Below are positions 1-16,399 of a stretch of DNA of 64,000 bases, piece after piece. The translations under genes were made by a program, and so were the position numbers. A model generated the notes under the pieces. That model saw only the letters and a program-made list of their open reading frames with translations, was not told where the DNA came from and made no database searches. Position 1 is the first letter of the stretch, and every line of letters begins with the position of its first letter. Source of the DNA: the human T2T-CHM13v2.0 reference genome, Homo sapiens; the NCBI RefSeq assembly GCF_009914755.1, contig NC_060947.1; one strand, written 5' to 3'.

Positions 1-612
1 TTTATGGCTGTGTAGTATTCCATGACGTATATGTACCATATTTTTTAATCCAATCTACCATTGATGGGTACCTGGGCTGGTTCCATGTCTTTGTTATTGT
101 GAATATTGCAGCAATGAACATACAAATGCATGTGTGTTTTTGGTAGAATGATTTATTTTCTTTTGGGTAGATACCCAGTAATGGAATTGCCTAGTTGAAT
201 GGTAGCTCTGTTTTAACATCTTTGAGAAATCCCCAAACTGCTTTCCACAGTGGCTGAACTAATTTGCATTCACACTAACATTGTATAAGCATTCTCTTTT
301 CACCATCGCCTCACCAGCATCTGTTGCTTTTTGACTTTTTGATAATAGCCATCCTGACTGGTGTGAGATGGCATCTCATTGTGGTTTTTGATTTGCGTTT
401 CTCTAATGTTTAGTGATGCCAAGCATTTTTTTCATATGTTTGTTGTCCACTTGTATGTCTTCTTTGGAGAAGTGTCTGTTCATGTCCTTTGCACATTTTT
501 AAATGGAGTTATTTGTCTTGTGCTTCTTGATTTAAATTCCCTATAGATTCTGGATATTAGGTCTTTGTTGGAGGCATAGTTTGTGAATATCTTCTCCCAT
601 TCTGTAGGATGA
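1..612 (-). mobile_element. L1 (L1PA/L1PB-type) ORF2 3' end fragment, running off the window start
   Basis: Reverse-strand L1 ORF2 C-terminal sequence (TTTATGGCTGTGTAGTATTCCATG...; ORF 480..671 contains PTEWEKIFTNYASNKDLISRIY). Confidence 0.92.
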
Positions 613-889
613 TGGCTAGAATTTTGACTGATAAAAAAGTAGATATATTTTTGGCAAAGCAAGAAATACATGAAGTTAGGATCTGTTAAATTATAGCTAT
701 GTTCTAGAAAATGGCATAAATAGATAGTAACATTAGTAGAACATCTTTAGTTCACATTTTTTTCTTTTCTTAAATATTAGCAACGTTTCTTGAATATTTA
801 CTGTTGATTGGAAATGACATGAGTATTTTTAAAATGCATTAATTCCTTCTCTTATTATTTTTTGTCATATGTATTTGTGTTCTTTTTTA

Positions 890-1810
890 TTATTTTTAAT
901 TTTTATTCATTTTGAAATCACTTTAGATTTACAAAAAAGTTACAAAAATGGCACAGAGAATTCTAGTATTCCCTTTGCACAGCGTCCCCTAACATTGGTG
1001 TTTCAAATAACTACAGGAAAACTATTGAAACCAGGAAATTAACACTGTTGTCACACTGTCAACTAATCCATAGACGTTCAGATTTCTCTGATTGTCCCGC
1101 TAATGTGGTTTTTCTGTTTTAATGTCCTTCCAGGACCCACCTTGCATTCACTATCATGCCTCCACAGTGGACTTCCATCTGGGCCATGTCCTTAGTTTTT
1201 GTCTCTGATGACCTTGAACTTTTGGAAGGATACAGACCAGTTATTTTGCAGAATAGCATCCAATTCATCTTCGTCTGATGTTTACCCATCAGATTAGGTT
1301 GAGGTTACACATATTTGGCTGGAATACCACAGAGGCGATGTTGAGGTCTTCTCAGAGCATCATACCAATGATGTAGATATGTTTCATTATTGGTGATAAC
1401 TTTGATTATCTGGTTAAATGTGGTACCTTCTCAGCTGCTTCATTGAAGCCACTATTTTCTCATTTGCAACTAGTAGGTACCCTGCGGTTACTTTGAGACT
1501 ATGCAAGTATCTTGTTTCTCCTCATATAGCTAACTGTTTCTTTTAGCCTCTGAGGGCAACTCTTGCCTGAAATAATGATTATGATTTTCTGGTTCTACCA
1601 TTCCTTCTGCATTTATCCATTGGAAGTCTACTTTCATGGAGAGGTTTATCTTCTTTCTCATTCATTTATCCATTCAATTAATTACTCGCATCACCATGGA
1701 CTGAGGAATAATTTTATGAGTATAATTTCTAACTATTAGTATTTATTTTCTTGTTCCAGTTTTCCCAGATTAGGACATTGGGAGCTCTTCCAAGCTCCCA
1801 ACGTGTCTTT
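890..1810 (-). mobile_element. Old L1 3' UTR (L1MC/L1MD-like)
   Basis: TTTTGAAATCACTTTAGATTTACAAAAAAGTTACAAAAATGGCACAGAGAATTC... resembles the recalled L1MC 3' end in reverse orientation. Confidence 0.65.
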
Positions 1811-1944
1811 CCTTCTCTACATTCTTTTTTAAAAAATGAGATAAATATAAGTGTTATTTATACCTGGTTGAATTTACACAATTAAAAAAAGATACACAAT
1901 CAATGTATGTATTTTGGGGATACATGTGATAATTTAAATCATTC

Positions 1945-2321
1945 TATCATAAAGGCACATGCACGTGAATGTTCATTGCAGTACTATTCACAGTGGCAAA
2001 GACATGGAATCAAGCCAAATTCCCATTAATGGTGGAGTGGATAATGAAAATGTGGTACATATACATCATGGAATATTATGCAGCCATAAAAAATGAGCTA
2101 AAAGATGAGAACACATGGACACATAGAGGAGAACAATACACACTGGGGTCTACTTGAGAGTGGAAGGTTGGGGGAGGGAGAGGGTCAGGAAAAATAATTA
2201 ATGTGTACTAGGCTTAATACTTGGGTGATAAAATAATCCATGTAACAAACCCCCATGACACGAGTCTACCGGAATAACGAACCTGTGCAGGTACCCCTGA
2301 ACTTAAAAGTTAAAAAGAAAA
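1945..2321 (+). mobile_element. L1PA/L1PB 3' end with internal deletion
   Basis: ORF2 C-terminal remnant (MFIAVLFTVAKTWNQ) and 3' UTR ending GTACCCCTGAACTTAAAAGTTAAAAAGAAAA. Confidence 0.9.
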
Positions 2322-3254
2322 CGATACCTTCTCTACATTCTTAAAAATAATACAACATTGCTTAACCTGTTTCTCTTTGTGGCTGTGATTACAAAGTGAG
2401 AAGACTGAAGTAGGTGTCATTATAGCAACAGTCTTTGTGGCACCTAAGGGCTGTTTCAGCAAACCCGAATGCTTTCAGACCTCATTGTTTTAATAATTTT
2501 TTGGATGACTGTGTTCCCTCTTTCTCCTCATTCTTTTCTTAGTCATTAAATTTCACGACTGTCAAGCCTCCCCACCATAGTTCATCTTTGTTCTGATTTT
2601 ATGTGTTATTGCCTGATAAAGGTGTGAGGCTAACAGCCCCATTTCCTCCAAGGTAAAAGTCATAGGCTTGTGATAGATTGCTTGGACCACTCCTGCTTTT
2701 TTCTGTCCTTTGCCTGTATTTGGTTGTGCCCCATCATATCAGACACCCGGCCAAAATAGAGTTCTCCTCTATAGGATACTTCCTTTCTGGTTTCTGCCTT
2801 TTCAATAACATGAGATATGTAGACAACGTGTCACTTAGAGAGTTATATGCCAGCATTGCACACACAAATCATTTAATCAGAACTAAAAAGAGTGGAAGTA
2901 ACAGTGATTGTATCATGAATAGAAAGCAAGCAGAAAGTTTCTGCTAGATTAAAAAAAGGCAAAAGAGCTTAGACACCTATTCCAGCAGTAATGTTCTACA
3001 GTACTTGAAAATATGATGCTTTACTGAATGCGCCCATAAACAGCACAGAGCTACATGGTATTTGTAAGCAGACCTTTGGATGGGATAAAAATAATCTCTC
3101 ACCTACCCCAGGTGGTGAAGGAAACATCTCAAATAGCAATTGTAATCTGCTAGGCCACAGTGGAGGGAAGAAATTAGGTATGTGCCTAGGCAGGATGACC
3201 TTTCTTGCTTTCTGTACCATGCTACATATCTCCTACCAATGCAGTGAGGAAAAT

Positions 3255-7251
<3,997 letters not shown>

Positions 7252-7309
7252 GACAGCCTCCAGAACATGGACCTATAGCATACCCTTAGGAAGGGATTAG
7301 GACAATCTC

Positions 7310-8133
7310 TTTTTTTAAATTTAATTTTATTTTAGATTCAAGGGTTACATGTGTAGGTTTGTTACATGGGTATATTGCCTAATGATGGGGGATTTGGGCT
7401 TCTAGTGTATCCATTACCCAAATAGTGAACATTGTACCTAATAGGTAATTTTTCAACTCTTGCCCCCCTCTAACCCTACCCCTTTTTGGAGTCCCCAGTG
7501 TCTATTGTTTTCATCTTTATGTCCATGAGTACCCAATGTTTAGCTCTTACTTATGAGTGAGAACATGCAATATTTGACTTTCTGTTTCTGAGTTAGTTCA
7601 CTTATGATAACGGCTTCCAGCTGCATCCATGTTGCTACAAAGGACATGATTTTGTTCTTCTTTGTGGCTGCATAGTATTCCATGTTGTAGATGTACCACA
7701 TTTTCTATACCCCATCCACTGTTGATGGACACTTAGGTTGATTCCATATCGTTGCCATTGTGAATAGTGCTGCGTTGAACATGGGGTGCAGGTATCTGTT
7801 TGATATACTGATTTCCCTTCCTTTAGAGAAATACCCAGTAGTGGGATTACTATTTTAGCTATTTGAGAAATCTCCATACTGTTTTCCACAGAGGTAGTAC
7901 GAATTTATATTCCCACCAACAGTGTATAAATGTTCCCTTTTCTCTGTGTCCATGCTAACATTGGTTGTTTTTTGAATTTTTAATAATAGCCATACTGACT
8001 GGTGTGCGATGGTATCTCATTGTGGTTTTAATTTGCATTTCTGCAAATGATGATGATTAGTGATGTCGAGCATTTTTCATATATTTGTTGGCCGCTTGCT
8101 TGTCTTCATTTGAGAAATGTCTGTTCATGTCTT
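7310..8133 (-). mobile_element. L1PB 3' end, 5'-truncated
   Basis: T-tail then TTTTAGATTCAAGGGTTACATGTGTAGG; degenerate TSD GGGATTAGGACAATCTC (7293) / GGGATGAGGGCAATTTC (8134). Confidence 0.93.
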
Positions 8134-8299
8134 GGGATGAGGGCAATTTCCTGAGAGCAGGATTTTGTTTACCAAATAGTTGTCCTACTGATTTCTTATT
8201 GCAAGGCTCCTGGCTAAACCCAGAGTGGATATAAATTATTGACAATCACACCCTTCGTAAATTAGGAAACCAAATTTCAAACCAAATTTGGAAGAGTTT

Positions 8300-10065
8300 G
8301 TTGATCTCAGAGTGTTCTGAGACCCAGAATTTAACACCTTAGACAGTGCCCAAGTAGATGGTGTGACCTTCCACTAAGATGGTCATTAGATGCATGGAAA
8401 ACACTATGGTTTACACTGAGTGGAGCAGAAATATCAGCACTGCTGTGGCAGATGGTAGTAGATGGGAACAAAACCTCAGAGAAGCTGATGTGCTGTCATG
8501 GAAGAGCTACCTGATATTTCTGTTCCATAGCAAGGAAAACAAAATGCATCAGGGCAAGGATGCATGAAGGTAATGACAAAGAGCTGGTGAGAGGATGGCA
8601 ACATCACTCAGCGGTTCAGAGGTGGTGTTCTCTTGGACCAGGCCTGAGAGGAGGAGAAGCAGTAATAACATTTGTCTTGCTGATAACAAAGGAGATGATA
8701 AGACCTGAAATCATAGAGACCCTGTGGACATTTTTATCTGCCTGTAGTGAGTCGGTCAGATATATCTCAATGACTAGCAACATCATAGTGTCAGTTGAGG
8801 GGTGCTATGAAACAAGAGATGCTCTTTGGTGGCAAGCAAATAAGTTCTCTTTTTCACTAGGAGAAGGCAAAAAAGCTAAGACCACCTCAAGGATCCAACA
8901 GTACATCTGGCTGAACTTCAAAGAAAATTAAATGCCCCAATCAAAGCCCATCTCTAAGACCAAGGTCAGGGCACTGGTTATGAAGACTTGGGATTCTGGC
9001 CCATGGGATAGAGACATTTGGGTGAATTGCCTGCCCAGACTTGCCTGAAATTTCTGAGCCTGCATAAGGAGCCAATTTCACCAGTAAGAGCTGGATGTCC
9101 CTCTGTGATAGAAGACAAGGTAGAGGTTGCTTCCCCACAAGGCAACAGGTGCCCCCTCAGGCTGTGTCTCTGCTTCTCCTTTTGATCTTCAGGGCACACA
9201 TCATGAAGATCAGAGGGCCACATGCATGAAGATCAGACAGGCATGGACATGTGTGTGGAGCAAATTGTGTGGATATCTAACAGAAGAATTTTTCAGCATA
9301 TGCCAGTGAAAGGAATCATGATAGAAAACAAAGAGGCTGAGAACAGGCACTCTTTTCCACAATAGCCACAAGCCCTTTTTTGTTCCCAGGTCTGAGCTTG
9401 TTTTCAAGACTGGAACCTAATAGTTGAAGAGATACTGGGGTCCCTGGGAAGACACCCTGCCATTAAAAAGACAAAAGAAATCGGATCATTGGAAGATCAC
9501 ATCAAATTATTATATTGATGACAGCAGATTGATCAGGCAGGATGTGCAAGAGGTGGTCACCATACTGGGAACCTTGGTGTAAAATGTTTTGTGGAGTGTG
9601 TAAGGATTCAGGGGTCTCCTATATCAGGAAAAAAATTTTAGGCTTTCAGGTGTCCTATCTGAGGTAGAAAACAAATAGTTGCTTCTTGTATATCTCACCA
9701 TGTAAAAGGCAGCACAAAACCCGGTAGCCCTTTTTTGGGTTTTGGAAATAACACAGAAACAGAGGTTGTAATCTTATGCCTTGACCCATGTACTGGGTGA
9801 CAAAGAAGGTGGCCAGTTTATGGGGACTCACAGTAGAAAAGAGCTCTGAAATTGTCCAGTCTTTGATGAAAATAACCCTGTCACGTAGGTAAAATAATCT
9901 GGCAAACCCTATGGTGTTGGAGGTGTCAGTGGAGGGAAAGGATGGTACATAGAGTCCTTGGCAAGCCATGTTGGGAGAGTCACAATACAGGTGTCTAGGG
10001 TTGTTGAGCAAGGCCTCACCATTCTCAGGAGAGATATGCATTATTTGAATTAGTTTGCTCAAGCT
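8300..10065 (+). mobile_element. Degraded ERVL-class (ERVL/old MaLR) internal region: gag-like part plus RT/connection-domain relic
   Basis: TAT ATT GAT GAC (YIDD) at 9511-9522, then fragments IQGS, ALFGFWK and PMVLEVSVEGKDGT*SPWQAMLGESQYRCLG resembling HERV-L Pol; stops and frameshifts throughout. The gag part is less certain than the RT part. Confidence 0.72.
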
Positions 10066-10212
10066 TCCTTAATGGAGGACAGCATAAACTGTCCACCTTC
10101 TTTGTCACCCAATGAGTATCTACCAGAAGACGTTATTCCTACATCTGAAGTCATACTGGTGAGTGTTATCTTCACCCTAGTCATTCTTGCTTCTTCACCC
10201 ATCTTCGTATGT

Positions 10213-10215
<3 letters not shown>

Positions 10216-10264
<49 letters not shown>

Positions 10265-10271
10265 CACACAC
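10216..10271. repeat. (CA)n microsatellite
   Basis: About 22 uninterrupted CA units. Confidence 0.98.
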
Positions 10272-10349
10272 CCTATAGACATTAAATTAAATGCCCCAAC
10301 TCTCTACCCCTTAAGCATTCTGTTACCATCTATTCACCAACATTTTGTT

Positions 10350-10920
10350 CCCTCACAGGATGACTCTAATATGAAGGGATGATGGAGAATCTTGACAGAC
10401 CATGGTGGAGGTGACCAGAGGTAGCCACAGATGCAGAGGTAGTGTGAGAGTAGGGCAATAATAAGACTGTGGGGTATTAGCAATGCTGTAGTCCATGGTA
10501 TTTGGCAATAAATCCTGGTACCTGGATTACTGTACCAACCAGATGGCTCTAGCACTGATTTTGGCTGTGGCTCAGCTATTTGTTGATCTTAATTCCTCTC
10601 CCTTTTCATGGCAATTTTTTGAGCTATCGGTATTTCTCAACTGGGGTGATTTTTCTCCTGAGGGGACATTTGACAATATCTGAAGACTTTTTTGTTTGTC
10701 ACAACTGGTCGGGTAGGAAGAAAAAGTGTTCTATTGTCCTCTTCTGGATAAATGTCCTATAATGCATAGAACAGCCTCTTACAATAAAGAATTGTGTAGC
10801 CCAAATATCAATAGTGTTGACGTTCAGGAACCCTGTTCTTTATTATTTCATCCATGCCTTTCAGCTTAAATTAGCTAGAGTTGGTTTTGACTGATTGCTA
10901 CAATGGCCATGATGGATGCA
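10350..10920 (+). mobile_element. Possible old MLT1 LTR remnant, split by MER20
   Basis: 3' motif CTTAAATTAGCTAGAGTTGGTTTTGACTGATTGC resembles an MLT1 LTR end; highly diverged. Confidence 0.4.
10628..10835 (+). mobile_element. MER20 (hAT-Charlie MITE)
   Basis: TTTCTCAACTGGGGTGATTTT...GGGGACATTTGACAATATCTGAAGAC...AATAGTGTTGACGTTCAGGAACCCTG. Confidence 0.85.
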
Positions 10921-11829
10921 GGTAATTTACACTTGAACGTCATTTGCATTTAAGGGTGCTATTTAACCCTGAATGTAAAAGTGTATGTCTCAAGTGTTCT
11001 CCAAAGTTTAAGAAAGGATCCCTAAGTTATGACTTGCTTCTCCTGCTGTTCACAATAACACAATAAAACCTGTAAAAGCTTCACCTACTTTTTGTCCTTC
11101 TACACCTGTCCTACCTTGGAGGATGCATTGGGAGTTTTAACTATACTTAAAAAGTTGCAGAGCCCTGGTCCATGGACCAGAGAAAATGCTTGTGGAGCAG
11201 ATTCCCACACACAGCATCAATGTTGATTAATTGAACATTTATAATCAGCAGAGAACCCAGCACTGTTAAAACAGCTCATCAATTAGTGCAACCAATCACC
11301 TGGTCATTGGTGAGATAAAGTCTTGGTCCAGTGAATGATAAGGATGTATTGACACGCATTGTAATTGCTATTTGTTGTCTTTTTTGGTCAATAGGAGTCA
11401 TCTGTGCTTGGAAGTTTATTGCAGTTCTGATGTTGAAGGACATTATGCCAAGAGACTGCACGGAGAGCCTTGTGTACTGCCCTTGTCTAGATATGTGCTA
11501 CCAGGAAGTCCAAGAAGTTAATGCCTTGTGGCACCAATCTTTAACTAATAGAAGAAGCAAGTGAATAATTTATTGCTGCTTTCTTCCGTTCCAAAGGTGC
11601 AATTCCAAGGCATGTTGTATGCATCTTAGTGGCGTTTTCCTGCAGGTTGGCCAACTAGCAGCACCCAGGGCCATCAGTGCATAGATTCTCCCACATGTTT
11701 TGTCTTACTCTTCTTGCTCCTTACTCCTATCTCTGGGTTCGAACCCCTAATAATGGATTTGTATGTACACATCCACTGCATTTAATGCTGCTGTCTGGGG
11801 AAAAGCAGATCTATATCCCTGTAATCTCT

Positions 11830-12640
11830 ATCTGGGCACACTCAGTAAATGTCCACTGTTTCCCTCAAACCAGAAACAGTGAGCCATAATTGACATTTCT
11901 CTTTCCCTCTCACCTCTCAAAACATCTGATTTAGCCTCCAATTTCTGTTGGGTTTGTCTTGATCTCTCTTGAGTTGATTCCATTCTTTATGTTTCCACAG
12001 CCATTGATTTATGTCCATACAAACATTACATTGCCATAATTGCTACTATAGAATCCCAGAGCTGGAACCCAATTCTATTCTTGGTTGTCATTATAACGCA
12101 TTTCTGAGATTGAGAGACACCATCTTCTTATGCCTACAGTGACCAGTCATCTTCAGTTGCTCAGGTCTAAGGTGTTCTGAGGATGTGGGCATTCAGTTCT
12201 AAAACTAAAGAGCCCCAGGAAAACCAAGATAAGCTGGTCACTCTTTCTTAGGAAGCCTACAATGGCTTCTATGAATGTTAGAGTGAGCGTCAAATTTCTT
12301 AGTCTTGCCACCAAAACTTTCAGCTTACTTTCTGACTTCACCTGTGGACATATTTTCATGACTCATTTTGCTTCAAGAATTAAAATTCTTGTGTTTTCTC
12401 AAACAGGTCACACTTAACTGCCTGGTTCTTCACTACTCTGAATGCCTTTTCCCACATTTTCACCAATAAAATGACTCCTTCCATGAAAGATTTTAAGTTG
12501 ATGGAGAAGTTTAGGGGCTCCTATTATAACCATTGCATAGATATATTTTATCCTTTATCCATTTTAGACTAATCTTTGACCCGTGTTTCATCCACTCCTT
12601 TTAGATGGTGAGTTTCTTGAAAGCAGGGACTCAACTTTTT
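11830..12640 (+). mobile_element. L2 3' fragment, very diverged, interrupted by a MER81-like MITE
   Basis: CAAACCAGAAAC...TTGACATTTCTCTTTCCCTC and terminal TAGATGGTGAGTTTCTTGAAAGCAGGGACT resemble the L2 3' end. Confidence 0.5.
12135..12244 (+). mobile_element. MER81-like MITE (hAT-Blackjack)
   Basis: ~110 bp with terminal inverted repeats AGTGACCAG...CTGGTCACT and internal TTCAGTTCTAAAACT. Confidence 0.7.
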
Positions 12641-12645
12641 CAATT

Positions 12646-13052
12646 AGTATGGTTTGAGTGTTTTTGTGTCTTCCAAAATTCATGTCGAAAGTTAATCCAC
12701 AATGCAATAGTATTAAGAGGCAGGGCCTGTAGAGGTGATGAGGTCATGAAGGCTCTGCCCTCACAAATGGGATTAGTGCTCTTATAAAAGGGCTTGAGGG
12801 AGTCATCTTGGCCCTTTTTGCCCTTCTTCCATTTAAGAACACAGTGTTCCTCTCTTCTTGGATGTGAGAATGCAGAAAGAAGGCACCATCTTGGAAGCAG
12901 AGAGTGAAATCGCATCAGAAACTGAATCTGCTTGCACCTGGAGCTTGGACTTCACAACCTACACAACCTTCACAACCCTAGAACTCTGAGAAATAAATTT
13001 CTTTTATTTATAAATAAGGTATTTTGTTATAGCAGCTGAAACAGACTGAAAC
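12646..13052 (+). mobile_element. MaLR solo LTR (MSTD/MLT1A-like)
   Basis: GTATGGTTTGAGTG...GGCACCATCTTGGAAGCAGAG...AATAAA...TTGTTATAGCAGC. Confidence 0.88.
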
Positions 13053-14023
13053 CCTAACTTTGAATATTTTATGTTATTATGCATGGTATATTGTAAAGTA
13101 TATCGCATGATGATATAAATATGTTATAGTATGTGATGATATAGTGGGTTTGTGTTCTGTCTTCTGTACAAGAATTTATATAACTCATCTGTGTAAAGTT
13201 CTTGGCAATAAAACCCTCAGTGAGGATTTTATAATTGGATTAAATAATGCCACCAGCCTTCAGGAAGTGGCCTAACCATTTCTAGGCCTTCTGTGAAGAA
13301 GAAACTCAAGAATAATCGAGGGAATGAGAGAAAGAATGTTTTCTCCTTTCAGAAATTCTCAAACACACTAGTGTGTTCTGAGAAATCAAAATTTGCATCT
13401 AATTCACAAAATAAAGAGCAATGTGGTTGTTCCCATACTTGCAATTCTCTATTTCATTCTCCTCTTGGTAAGTCCAACCTATTTTGGGTAGGCTCTGAGC
13501 AACTTGAGACCTGTTGTCTCTCCACTGGGCAAGTCTTTTCACATATATTGAGATTTATTTTCTTGAAGCTATATGAGGGGATTGGAGCCTGAATTATATT
13601 TTGCAAAATAGTTCTGGTGACAATTTATTTAGTGAGAACTGTCATAGGGTGGCCTAAATGTATGCTTTTAAGGAATAATCACAAAAAGCATAACTCAATA
13701 TTTACACACATTTCTGCACAGTGTTGATGGCATAACCACGTTAAATAATCGTTTTGTCATGTAAATGCTATCACCTTCCCAAAATCAACAGCATATTATG
13801 TATTATGCTGATGTAAACTGGAGATCAAAGACTGGTCTGTGGGTCATTCCAAAACAGTTACCCTCACCAGTGGTCCAACATGGGCTTCTAGTTGTCAAAT
13901 TCATCTGCTAAAACATAAAAAAATACATACCATCCTGCATTTCACATTACCTACCTGCATCTTGTATGAAGGCAAACTCCTTGTGCCTTTTTCTGGCAGC
14001 CTGTGAAACCTTTAAATATGGCG

Positions 14024-14408
14024 TGAAATGATTTGGCTCTGTATCCCACCCCAAATCTCATGTCTAATTGTAATCCCCAGTGTTGGAGGAGGGGCCTGGT
14101 GGGAGGTGATTAGAGCATGGGGGTGGAATTTCCCCTTGCTGTTCTCATGACAGTGTGTGAGTTCTCAAAAGATCTCATTGTTTAAAATTGTGTGACACCT
14201 TCCCCTTTTCTTCTTCTTTCTTTTCTAGCCATGAAAGATGTGCCTCTGTCCCCTTCATCTTCCACCGCAATTGTAAGATTCCTGACGCCCTCTCAGCTAT
14301 GCTTTCTGTATGGTCTGTGGAACCATGAGCCAATTAAACCTTCTTTTTAAAAATAAATTGCCCAGTCCTAGGTATTTCTTTATAGCAATGTGAGAATAGA
14401 CTAATATA
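14024..14408 (+). mobile_element. MaLR solo LTR (MSTA/MSTB)
   Basis: TGAAATGATTTGGCTCTG...AGACTAATATA; 5-bp TSD TGGCG/TGGTG. Confidence 0.93.
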
Positions 14409-15445
14409 TGGTGGGAAGGCACATACTTTCAGACTCCAGGGAAAGGACCCAGATAAAACCTGTGGCAATCCCCAGTGTTTCTTGCAAGACTGATTCAGAC
14501 ATTATCTCATATAACATACATGACAGGGGAGAGAGAGAGATGAAAAAAGAGTTTTGTTCATTCAATTGGACTCCTGTGACTTCATTAATTATATGTAGTA
14601 TGTGGATATAATGATTCATTCTTATTTTCCAATGAAGCAATGGGGAGGCACATTTACTCCATCCATCACTCTTCCTAGTCTCCATTACATCCTTCTTCTA
14701 GGGAAGAATTTGTCTTAAACTTTTACTTGCCATTATCCATACCATTCACTCTTTTATTGACGGCCATGGAGACCATTAGGCACAAATGACATCTATCGGG
14801 AAGTTGTCATCCACATTTGGCTGTTTTTCTGCCTCACTAATTTTTTAAGACACTTTTCAGTAGATTAATGGATCCAAACCCTCATTTCAATTATTTTTAT
14901 TATGCCTGGCTACTGCTTGCCCCCATTAAAATGAGAGTGTGCAGTTCATTTAAGGATTCAATATTCCCGTTAAGCAGTAATTCACACTGGTTTCTTTATT
15001 ACCACTCCACCAACTCATGGGATTTTTTTGATTTATAGATGTACTTGCTGTTGGAACTCAGCCTCTGTCTGCTGAACTCTGTGTGTATCATGGGAACTTT
15101 CCCTCGAAACGCTTAATAATTACTAATGAAGTTTTCTCCAGTTTGTTTAGCTGCATCCACTGTGATTATCAGAGTGAACTCAAGGCAAAATGAGAAATTT
15201 TAATGCATTTCTATGGGATTAATTTTTTGCTTGCCATGGTACCAACAGCAGCCAGTTCCTACCAATAGGATTGGCACAGTCAACCGCTGACATAGGTTCC
15301 ATGAATTTGGACTTTCAATTGTGATCTAGTTTCCTGGAAGTTTTGGTAATATTTTTGCTCTTTTTACTTAATGAGCAATTTCTGAGCAAAGGTAGTATCA
15401 TTTGGAAAATATTTATTGGGGGATATAAGTGATAGTCACATCAAA

Positions 15446-16039
15446 TGTATATCAATTTTCTATGCTATGTAATCAATGACTACAGACACAGCTGCTTAAA
15501 ACATTCACTTATTAATAAATACTCATTTATTAGCTCACAGTTTTGCAGGTCAGAACACCAGCATGGTGTGGATGGATTCTCTGGTCATGGTCTCACAAAG
15601 CTAAAATCAAAGTGTTGACTAGGCTGAATTTTTACCCAGAAGTTTTGGGGAAATATGCACCTCCAAGCTCAATTTTTTTATTGGAAAATCTCAGTTCCTT
15701 GTGGTTGTAGGACTGGGGTCCCTGTGTTTTTGCTGGCTGGCTGTCCACAGTCTTTTTAAGATAGTCTCCTCAATCCCTAAGCCAATAACAACACATTAAA
15801 TGCTGGTCATACTTCACATCTCCAACTTCCTATTTTGCTATTAGCCAGAGAAAATTGCTTTCAAATGCTCATGGCTCAACTGCATAGTGTCTCTATCTTT
15901 AGATTAATTGATTTGGGACTTTAATTACATCTGCAAAATACCTTCACCACAGCATCTACATTAGTGTTTGATTGGATAATCTGTGTGTATGTCAGGAGGC
16001 AGGAATCTTAGGAGCCATTTTTTAATCCTTCTTACCGCA
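15446..16039 (-). mobile_element. MaLR LTR (MLT1E-like)
   Basis: TTTATTAGCTCACAGTTTTGCAGGTCAG...TAATTACATCTGCAAAATACC...GGAATCTTAGGAGCCATT. Confidence 0.8.
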
Positions 16040-16399
16040 CTTGGTATTATTTTCTTGGGACTTCCCAGGTCAAATTGTTCAAGAGCCTAATGACTTATTT
16101 ATTCTCAAGAGTTTATTTCTGTTGTTTCAAAAATATTAATTGAAAGCAAAATTGGAGAGAATCTGCCACTCCTGCAGCTGATATTGCTGATGCTCCCATT
16201 GAAGAAAAAGTGGCAACTGAACTGAGTGTAGGACAAAATATTAATATTCTTCTGCAAAAATGAACACTCAGGAGCCATTGAAAACCTGATTCCCTGGGAT
16301 GCACACGGAAGAGTTTATATTTAAAGTAAATAAGACAATACTGGGTTTATATTATATTTAAGTCCAAACTTCAGACAGGCTTCTTGGGGAGGATCGCTG

